DNA of 56,236 bases from the NCBI GenBank assembly GCA_963663805.2, contig CAXXMR010000034.1, positions 1-56,236 on the forward strand. Reading direction: 5' to 3'. The notes beneath the pieces were generated by a model. It worked only from the letters and a program-made list of their open reading frames with translations. It had not been told where the DNA came from and searched no databases. Below, piece by piece: positions 48,306 through 56,236 of the stretch. The stretch comes from Sedimentisphaerales bacterium (lineage in GTDB: Bacteria; Planctomycetota; Phycisphaerae; Sedimentisphaerales; SM23-30). The position numbers and the translations under genes are program-made. Position 1 is the stretch's first letter, and each line of letters begins with the position of its first letter.

Positions 48306-50114
48306 TTACTCCTGCTGAGACTGAACTTCATGATACAAAACTGAACCGGGTATCACCTGCCGCGACAGACCCGGCCCTTCATATTCAAACAACAGCCATT
48401 CGTGCCGACGGCTCATCGAATAAAAAATCTCTGACTCATCGGCCCGGCAATATTCCAGACGCAAACGATGCATACCAGCTCGCAAAGCCGCGTAACCGCT
48501 CCGCCGACTAATCCAGCGGCTCAGGGGGTTATCCACAACAACTTCACCATCGATTATCAAGCGACTGTGACCTGCGTCGCTACTGTAGAAATAATACATG
48601 CCCTCATGAGAAATTTCAAGATATCCCTCAAAAATCAAACCGATACCATTTGCACGCGAGACAACCGACAAATCAACCTCGTCCGCAACACCTTCGGCAA
48701 CAGGCTTGAGACAGCTAAAATCATCTTTCTGCTCAGGCGTAATTTCATAACAAAAATATCGAAGACCAGGCTCAACTTTGTCAAACAGCACCGGCTCGAA
48801 CATCGGCAGTTGATAAAACGACGCGACATCAACCGACGTAGAACGAACATTATCATTAAACATCCGGGCCCGCACCGTAGTGTTTTTTTCAATATCAAAC
48901 GGCCCTTCATACAAAATCGAATTTCCGGACGGTTCCCGACCGTCAAGCGTATAGCGAATAACGGAATCATCTTCCAGCCCCTGAATCTGCACCTGCGTTC
49001 GCCCGACGAAAGGCCCGCCGTGCGGTACAACAGTTACCGTATTCTCGTCCAAAGCCCCCTGCCACAACTGCTGCCAATATCCAGGCACGGTAGTACGCCC
49101 CGGCTTCCACCGCCAGAAAATCCAGGGGATATTATGCTCAGCAAAAATCCGGGCCATATCCTTTTCCCAACGCACACTCGAATTATCCGGCGCGTCACCA
49201 AAAGCACCATACTCGCCGCACCACAACGGTACCTGCCAACGCTTGGCAAACTCCAATGCCGGCGTAAGTTTCTTCACCAGATAATCCCGGTCAACCAATT
49301 GAACACCCTCGTCCCACCCGTCGGCAATCCAACCCGGATAACGCAAATCACCATAATAGTCGCGATAATGAGTGAACATCTTGGGATGATAATAATGAAA
49401 ATCGTAAATTACATTCTCACGCTCCAGCCTCACCGCGTCAATCAAACTATCCGGGGAACTGGTTTGCACTCCGGTAAGCGATATTATCCGATGTGGGTCA
49501 ACTTGCCGCACCGCGTCAATAATCGCCAAACGAATCCGGTTGTAATCACCGTACAGTTCCGGCTTGATATAAATCTCACTGAAAGTATTGTAACCCACCA
49601 GATAATTTAAATTGCGATAACGCCTGGCCACCTGTTGATAGAATCGCGAAAACTGCCCGGCAAGCAGCTCCGGCTCTTCCAGCTCATCATTCAAACCCAA
49701 AGCCCGCCAGTGAATCTCCACAATATAATAAATCCCCGCCCGTTCCAGCCACTGCAAACGCTCGTCAGTACGCCGCAGATTTTCTTCCCGCAAAACACAG
49801 CGGTTTTCAAGATCAACCACCCCGCCGTTAACGCTCTGCCCGTAATCCTCATCAAACCCCAGCAGAATCCGCACAAAATTGACACCCCATTTCTTAAACC
49901 AATCCACGTTTTCACGCTCAAGCCAGCCCGTACGAGTATAAATCCCCCGCAGCGGTACTTCAAGACCATTACCATCAACAATTTTCATACCCTCAACATG
50001 CAGACGAACACTCTCATTACCACAAGCCTGCACAGCATAATTCTCTGCGCATGCTTGATAATTCAAAACAAGCAAAACTAACATTAAAATGTAAACTGAG
50101 AATCTACGCATCAT
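48306..50114 (-). CDS. Secreted GH5-like hydrolase with Fn3/chitobiase-like and PA14 domains
   Basis: Signal peptide; GVNFVRI, DFHYY, LWCGEYG; IRYTLDGREP; FEGYL...GMYYF...SRLIIDG. Confidence 0.82.
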   Translation of the reverse strand: MMRRFSVYILMLVLLVLNYQACAENYAVQACGNESVRLHVEGMKIVDGNGLEVPLRGIYTRTGWLERENVDWFKKWGVNFVRILLGFDEDYGQSVNGGVVDLENRCVLREENLRRTDERLQWLERAGIYYIVEIHWRALGLNDELEEPELLAGQFSRFYQQVARRYRNLNYLVGYNTFSEIYIKPELYGDYNRIRLAIIDAVRQVDPHRIISLTGVQTSSPDSLIDAVRLERENVIYDFHYYHPKMFTHYRDYYGDLRYPGWIADGWDEGVQLVDRDYLVKKLTPALEFAKRWQVPLWCGEYGAFGDAPDNSSVRWEKDMARIFAEHNIPWIFWRWKPGRTTVPGYWQQLWQGALDENTVTVVPHGGPFVGRTQVQIQGLEDDSVIRYTLDGREPSGNSILYEGPFDIEKNTTVRARMFNDNVRSTSVDVASFYQLPMFEPVLFDKVEPGLRYFCYEITPEQKDDFSCLKPVAEGVADEVDLSVVSRANGIGLIFEGYLEISHEGMYYFYSSDAGHSRLIIDGEVVVDNPLSRWISRRSGYAALRAGMHRLRLEYCRADESEIFYSMSRRHEWLLFEYEGPGLSRQVIPGSVLYHEVQSQQE

Positions 50115-51331
50115 TAAACTTTCATCTCCACCATCTCGCCAATATCCACCAGATACATCTGACGCCCCCTGCCGTCATGCACAGAGTCTATACACAATTT
50201 CCTGCCGTCGTTACTGATTCGCGGATGCAGATCGCAACGCCAGGGCTGACCGATCGCCTTAGCTGTCTGACCCGCGTAAATTTCAGGCGTCACCAGCTCA
50301 GCCAAATCAACCAGCCGACCGCTCGGCTCGTGAAACAAATACAAACTCTGCAAACGATTCTCATCTGCGTAAGTATCGCTCACAATCCATTCCCCGCCGG
50401 GCAAACACGAAACATGACCGCCCGAATCACTCATCACCCCCTCGCCAATTCGCTTAACCCAGCGACCCTCATCATTCAACAGCCAGAAACCGCCCACCTG
50501 AGCGATAATATGATGGTCATCACGCCAGTTGAAATGACCGCACCCCTTATCAGCCAAAACCGTGATATTACCACCGTCGGCATCAGCACACAAAAATCTC
50601 GTCCGGAAAGGCCAGCCGCGTCCGCCGTCCTCACGCCAACGATGCAAAAACGCAAAACGCGTCCCCGAAGGATTGAACAAGGGACAGTTCACATAATGCT
50701 TGGCATCTTTCACCCCCGGCCTGTCCCCAACCGCCTCAGCTAAATCAGCCAGAGAAATCAGCAGCCGACTCTGGCCGCTCTCCAAATCAAGATGAATAAT
50801 CCCCGTCTCATCAGGTGCAAGCTCATCCGCGTTAATATCAACCGCACCGGCATAACCATAACCGGGCCGAAGATCATTCAAACGTGCAAAATCCAGTGTC
50901 AACGCTTCTTTGCCTCCGGGCCTGAGACAAAATATCGCAAAAGGCCAGCTTTGCGAATAACCATCAAACACATCCAGAATATTACAGACAAACTCATCCC
51001 CTATCCGATCATTCCAGACTATCTGACCGGGATAACCCGGCCGCCATTGCAGCATACAACCGTTCTGCCAGGCCCACGCCCGACTCCTGCCCAACTCGAC
51101 CCACTTGTCCCCCTGCCCCAAATCAACCATCCCGACACGAATCTCATCATCACCTTCGGGCTGACGATTCTCGAAATTAACCTCCATCCCCAGCACATAG
51201 CGACCGTCCTCACTAAACTGCAGCTTATCGTAATAGCCGAACCAGTGAAACCCCGGCCCCTGCGTAATAGCCCGGACAACCTGCCCCGACAAAGCGGTAT
51301 CAGTTTTTGCGTGATTAATTATTCTCGTCAT
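50114..51331 (-). CDS. Oligogalacturonate-lyase-like (PL22-related) beta-propeller
   Basis: WFGYYD, WAWQNGCMLQW, RPGYGY, RCDLHPR; no signal peptide. Confidence 0.65.
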   Translation of the reverse strand: MTRIINHAKTDTALSGQVVRAITQGPGFHWFGYYDKLQFSEDGRYVLGMEVNFENRQPEGDDEIRVGMVDLGQGDKWVELGRSRAWAWQNGCMLQWRPGYPGQIVWNDRIGDEFVCNILDVFDGYSQSWPFAIFCLRPGGKEALTLDFARLNDLRPGYGYAGAVDINADELAPDETGIIHLDLESGQSRLLISLADLAEAVGDRPGVKDAKHYVNCPLFNPSGTRFAFLHRWREDGGRGWPFRTRFLCADADGGNITVLADKGCGHFNWRDDHHIIAQVGGFWLLNDEGRWVKRIGEGVMSDSGGHVSCLPGGEWIVSDTYADENRLQSLYLFHEPSGRLVDLAELVTPEIYAGQTAKAIGQPWRCDLHPRISNDGRKLCIDSVHDGRGRQMYLVDIGEMVEMKV

Positions 51332-51346
51332 TTCGGTTTCCCCTAA

Positions 51347-53476
51347 TCAAAAATAAGACCGAATATTATACGCCGCCGGCTGAGGCACATACTTCTTGGC
51401 AGTCATTTGCGAGTCAGGGTTCATAAAAATACACAAAACCGTCCCGGCATAAGGTTCATAGAGAATAATTTCGTCCCGCTCATCCGAACAAACATCCAGC
51501 GCAAACGCCTGAGCACCCACAGGCCGCCAGCTCGTCCCCACATTCAGCTTATCCGCCACCTCCTCATCAAGCTCCCCCAGTTCAGCAATAATATTTCCCC
51601 GGCCGTCAACTAACACCCTGTCCTGCGGCAGCCACAAACACTGCTTATCAGTACTCTGCCAGTTCACCACACTCGGAAAATCAGGATAAGACCCTTCCTG
51701 CCGCCGATGGCTAAACTCCGCCAGAGTCTCACCGTCCGCCCCGCGAAATGTTATAAACGCCCCCACATGACCACGCACACATGCTATCACCTCCGGCCCG
51801 GCAACATCATCAATAAAATTACCTACCCACAACGCCTGACCATGCTCCACCTGGTCTCGCGGACGTGACCATAAAATATTACCTTTTACATCTAGACAAT
51901 AAAGCGGACCCACCCCGCAAACACTAATTAGAATCTGCTTTTCCACCCCGCCCCGTAGCGACGCCACGGCTGTACAATCCGCATGCCAGGTAAATCCCTC
52001 ACCCTTATCCCACAAAACACGCCCGTCATCATCAACCAGCATATGCCCCAGAACCACTTCATCATAGCCGTCATTGTCGACATCCGCCACCGTAGGAATA
52101 TGGCCCATCGAATGAGGCGTACCCACAACCTGCCAGATTATCTCCAGATTCTTATCTAGAGCGAACGCATAACAGTCAATACCGTTACTGACACCATATT
52201 TCAGAATGATCGCAGGCTCACCGTCCTTACCTCTAAGATGGGCAATCCGCAATACCGGATGACTCCGACCAGGCTGACGATTCCCATTCGCCCCAGGCTG
52301 ACGAATCGCCATATTTATCGGCGAAACAATCTTCCGCTCCACTTCACCTGTAGCCCCATCCAGAACACAAAGCCACGGCTGATTATCTTCCCACAACTCA
52401 CAAATAACTTCCGAACAACCGTCCCGGTCAATATCATAAACCACCGCGACCCCCCGCAAAGCCGGCGTCGTACCCGGCTCACCAACCTCAGCCTTACCCG
52501 CGTCCAGATGCTTTTCCAGAGTAACATCCCCCACCTGCCAAAGCAGCTTACCCTCATCGTTAATCGCTATCAAACGACCGGGCACAGTATAAGCACTGCC
52601 GTTTTTATAAAGCAGATAATCCAGCCTGCCGTCATTATTCAAATCGCCCGGCGAAACATAAGAACCCGCATACGGGGTAATATCAATCTTTTTGACCAGC
52701 TTCATACCCGCTGTCGTCCCCAGAAAATCCGCCGGACCAACTTCGCTCTTGCACTTAATATCCTTCCATTGTGAAAAAACAGTCCCCTCCGGCAGTACCC
52801 GACCTGATTTCGCCGACCAGGACTCGATTTCCGATTCGCTCAAGGCACCGTCATAAAACCACACCCCAGCCAACAAACCCTCAAATCTCCCTCCCAGACG
52901 CACCGCCGTAACACTGTCATGTATCGCCTGAGGAACCATATCCATCCGCTCCCCAGCCAGACGGCCATTAACATATAACCGCATAAATTGCCCCGGCTCA
53001 TATACCGCCGCCACCGCCAAAGGATCTTCAAAAGCCTGCGATTCAGCCCCAACAACTTCAACCCACCCTTTTTCAGCGCCGCCGTCGGGGCTAACTCGAA
53101 AATAAAGTTTACGCTCAGCCGTAAAACCAAAATCATAAGACGCGCCGCCCTCGAGATAACTCCACTTACTCACCAGCGCCGCCCGCATAGGCCATTGCTT
53201 GGCGATCTGACACACCGCCAAAATAGTCACCGCCCCGCTAAACCTCAATTCACCCCTGTCCCCCTGCCCCAAATCAACATACCCTTCTGAATACTTGCGG
53301 CATTTCAAAACATACTCCCCCTGATACTCACCCAGATAAGGAACACACCTGCCCGTGGGCGGCTCTTCCTCACTCCACCGATACTCACCAACCAGCTCAA
53401 ATCCATCGACCGCCAAACCAGAATTGCAAATCAACAGAAGCAATACTATGACTATACTCAGATAAAATTGACGCAT
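51347..53476 (-). CDS. Secreted LamG-like + FG-GAP propeller protein (rhamnogalacturonan lyase PL11-like)
   Basis: Signal peptide; LamG-like AVY...LYVNG; GDLNNDGRLD, YDIDRDGCSE, GH...ADVDNDGYDE, WHAD, EHGQ. Confidence 0.65.
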   Translation of the reverse strand: MRQFYLSIVIVLLLLICNSGLAVDGFELVGEYRWSEEEPPTGRCVPYLGEYQGEYVLKCRKYSEGYVDLGQGDRGELRFSGAVTILAVCQIAKQWPMRAALVSKWSYLEGGASYDFGFTAERKLYFRVSPDGGAEKGWVEVVGAESQAFEDPLAVAAVYEPGQFMRLYVNGRLAGERMDMVPQAIHDSVTAVRLGGRFEGLLAGVWFYDGALSESEIESWSAKSGRVLPEGTVFSQWKDIKCKSEVGPADFLGTTAGMKLVKKIDITPYAGSYVSPGDLNNDGRLDYLLYKNGSAYTVPGRLIAINDEGKLLWQVGDVTLEKHLDAGKAEVGEPGTTPALRGVAVVYDIDRDGCSEVICELWEDNQPWLCVLDGATGEVERKIVSPINMAIRQPGANGNRQPGRSHPVLRIAHLRGKDGEPAIILKYGVSNGIDCYAFALDKNLEIIWQVVGTPHSMGHIPTVADVDNDGYDEVVLGHMLVDDDGRVLWDKGEGFTWHADCTAVASLRGGVEKQILISVCGVGPLYCLDVKGNILWSRPRDQVEHGQALWVGNFIDDVAGPEVIACVRGHVGAFITFRGADGETLAEFSHRRQEGSYPDFPSVVNWQSTDKQCLWLPQDRVLVDGRGNIIAELGELDEEVADKLNVGTSWRPVGAQAFALDVCSDERDEIILYEPYAGTVLCIFMNPDSQMTAKKYVPQPAAYNIRSYF

Positions 53477-53512
53477 ATCCCAACTTTCTACCACCCCCAA
53501 CCGCCCAAACTA

Positions 53513-54316
53513 TCACCAGTAACCATAAGCCCCCAGATAATTACTCCGGGGGTGTTTCTCCAGTTCCAGAACATCCTTCCAGACCACCGAACAATCCACC
53601 GCAAGCGTATTACCGCCGGTCACATCAAATTCTTCCGGCTCGACATAAGTATTCCACGCTCGCTCACAACCCATCTTACGATGCGGAGCCATAATATACG
53701 AAATATTAAGCTCGATAAAATCCGCCATAAGAGCCAGACTACCCATATCCGTGGCCCGCAAAGGCGATTTCCATTTCACCCCGCCCGCCGAAAGTATATG
53801 GTCCCAGTCCCACGCCGCCACCGTCGCCCCGCTATCGGATGTATAACCATCCTGACGTTTGCCGCCAATATAGGCATACCCCAGATACATCCCGCCCGGA
53901 TCCCACGCCGCCGGAACCGGCTCCATATTATAAATCCGGTTACGCTCCGGCTGAGGACAATAAGAAACATCACGCTGATACCAGTCCGACCCCGCCTTGT
54001 CATAAGCCGGACAAACCAGTATCTTCAGATTTTCCATCGGCTCAGTCAACGCCAGATAATACGGATCATACTTCAAATACCGCAGCTCAAAATCCTGATT
54101 TCGCTTCGGAAAAAAGTCACGGTTATTATTAGCGTAAAGGTGCATATACATCCCGCAGGAACGCAGACGCGTCGAGCACAATATCCGCCGCGCACTCTCC
54201 CGCGCCTGACCCAGTGCCGGCAGTAATATACTAACCAGCAAGGCGATTATCGCCACCACTACCAGAAGCTCTACCAGCGTAAAACCCGCTCGCGTCGTTT
54301 TACCCGCTCGTATCAT
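53513..54316 (-). CDS. Prepilin-type N-terminal cleavage/methylation domain protein
   Basis: [30 protein letters not shown]-terminal [11 protein letters not shown]. Confidence 0.9.
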   Translation of the reverse strand: MIRAGKTTRAGFTLVELLVVVAIIALLVSILLPALGQARESARRILCSTRLRSCGMYMHLYANNNRDFFPKRNQDFELRYLKYDPYYLALTEPMENLKILVCPAYDKAGSDWYQRDVSYCPQPERNRIYNMEPVPAAWDPGGMYLGYAYIGGKRQDGYTSDSGATVAAWDWDHILSAGGVKWKSPLRATDMGSLALMADFIELNISYIMAPHRKMGCERAWNTYVEPEEFDVTGGNTLAVDCSVVWKDVLELEKHPRSNYLGAYGYW

Positions 54317-54334
54317 TTGAGCACCTCTTATCTA

Positions 54335-56236
54335 TCAAGGCATCCATTCATCAGATATCATCGCAAAATCCGCCATATCCACAAAACAGTCACCACTGGC
54401 ATCACCCCCAGGCCGAACCGTACAGCCAATTCCCTCACCCGTCAGCCAGTCGCCCGCCATCAATGCCAGATCATCAATATCAACATCGCCATCGCCATCC
54501 AAATCACCTTTAAGGCCCGGATTGTAATAGAACCGCAACTCGCGCAGCTTATAACCCCACTCCGTCGAACCATAATTCCCCACTCCCGGCCCGCCAACCG
54601 CAGTCAGACGAACATATTTCGCGTCCACGCTACCCCAGTCAATAACCGTATCATGAGTACCGTCGGTATTACCGTGCGGCAGAATGAAATACTGCTCCGC
54701 ACCGTTCATCAGAGTATTGTAATTCACGCCATCGGTCGAATATTCCAGATGAATCGTCTTGAGGGCGATAGGCGATTCTACAGGAGTTGTGCCGTCATGG
54801 TTCCAAACCCACATCTCACTCAACTCGTAAATCCGGTCAAACTCCACATCCAGTACCGGCTCAGTTACCCCCACTGTCCAGGGTTTGCGGCAATACCATT
54901 CATTTGACCAAGCCCACGAGTCGTGTAAATCACCATTCATTCCGCTCTGGTCAACCGCCAGTACTCCGGCGGTGCCACCCTCACCCATTGTACTTACCGC
55001 CCCGACAACTCCCATACCACCCGGATTCCACCACAGCCACGCCTTGGTATCAAAACTCCAGACATCACCCTCAGCCGTAACTACGCCGTCAAGCCCATCA
55101 ACCCGCCATTCATAAGTTGTAAGATTGTCAAGTATCCCAATATAAATCTCATCAACTTCCGCTGCGAGGTTCGAAGCCACTTTGGTCATATTCCCCGCCG
55201 GCCCAAACCACACATCCTGGCCAGTCACCGCATCCATACCCGCAGTCCAGCCCAACGTCACTTCCAGATTCACGGTATCGCCGTCAGCGGGAACCGGATC
55301 ACCGGCCTTGAAGCCCTGATATATACCCGCATGATAAAAACGAAGTTCATTAAGAACGTACCCTAAACTCGAACCATAATTACCAACACCATAACCGCCC
55401 ACAGCGGTAATACGAACATGACGGGCGCCAGCCCCGGCAAAATCTACGGTATCACTGCGTTGACCGTTGACTGATTTATGCCAAACTTCTCCCGAATCCG
55501 TCCCGTCAAGCAGAACCGTCCAGTCGCCGGGTTCATCGGGATTCGATACTTCGGAATATTCAACCTTAACTCCCTTGAGAGCACGACCAGATTCATTCGC
55601 CGACTCGTCACAGTTCCAAACCCACATCTCACCCAGAACGTAAACCTCATCAAAGGTAAACCACGACCACGGTTCTATAAGCTCACCACCCGGAATATCC
55701 GCCGTACGGGCATACCAATATGTGAAATCCTGACCAACATTGTGCACGTCGCCGGTCAGACCGCTGCCGTCCACAGTTGTCCGAGACCCGAACTTTGCCG
55801 GATTATCCCAGCTATGAGATTCCCGAGCCAAAACTACTCCGCCATCAGGATAACTCAAACTCAGTATTGGTGCCTGCTGAAGATAAAAGCGCAATTCGCG
55901 GAGGATATAGCTCGCCGTGGGAATACCCGTACTCTGATAATTCCCCACGCCCGGTCCGCCGACTGCCGTTATCCGCACGTATTTAGCCTCTACCCCCGCC
56001 AAAATCAACCACCTCATTTACCGAACCATCCTTATTGCCCACCGTCCAGATAAACTCCGTTTCCGCCCCGTTCATCAAAGTGCTATAGATAACACCATTG
56101 GTGGAATACTCTATCTGCACAGTCTTCAAAGCATACCCTTGAAGCCGTCCTCATAATTCCAAAACCCACATCTCGCCCAACTCATATGCCTTATCAAAAG
56201 TGATCTCCAGAACCGGCTCAGTCGCCGCCGAGAGTA
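54335..56236 (-). CDS. Secreted multi-discoidin(F5/8)-like repeat protein with dockerin-like tail (5'-partial, apparent frameshifts near the window end)
   Basis: At least three repeats of FD..Y.L.EMWVWN...ALK...EYS...YVRITAVGG.GVGNY...LRELRFY; tail GDLDGDGDVDIDDL...GDCFVDMADF; repeat homology continues past 56017 across homopolymer indels. Confidence 0.75.

Noticed and set aside
48468..56053. Long plus-strand ORFs (up to 380 aa) opposite the CAZyme cluster
   Set aside because: Shadow ORFs caused by strand bias; the minus-strand genes carry the motifs.
1..56236. Genome-wide TAG reassignment; CRISPR array; tRNA/rRNA genes
   Set aside because: TAG ends several intact genes followed closely by the next gene; no regularly spaced repeats or tRNA/rRNA signatures were seen by eye.

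Overview
56-kb bacterial chromosomal window, most likely from a Planctomycetota genome (Phycisphaerae/Sedimentisphaerales-like; inferred from prepilin-type proteins paired with secreted proteins ending in dockerin-like tails). Host genes include carB, feoAB, a rhomboid protease, a GT2 + GT-C pair, an Fe(III)/polyamine-type ABC operon flanked by a nucleoside deaminase and a kinase/nucleoside-deoxyribosyltransferase-like fusion, a cupin-PfkB-mannitol-1-P dehydrogenase operon, a B12 radical SAM gene and a 15-kb PUL-like uronate/pectin cluster. Six IS families are present (IS200/IS605, IS3, ISL3, IS1634, IS21, two IS66 remnants), and their ends and targets can be read from the sequence. A ~10.6-kb decayed integrative island (22580-33226) carries two TA-like pairs, an intein-bearing helicase fragment, a broken serine recombinase, an att-like 50-bp inverted repeat and four intact lipoprotein genes. 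Best leads: (1) a promoter-driven, highly structured candidate ncRNA in the 3' end of the IS3 element; (2) a 398-codon beta-propeller gene interrupted only by three in-frame TAG codons; (3) a divergent D-lyxose-isomerase-like cupin in a sugar kinase/polyol-phosphate dehydrogenase operon; (4) the deaminase-ABC-kinase/NDT operon. No rRNA, tRNA or CRISPR array was recognised. All family calls come from motif recognition, not database searches.
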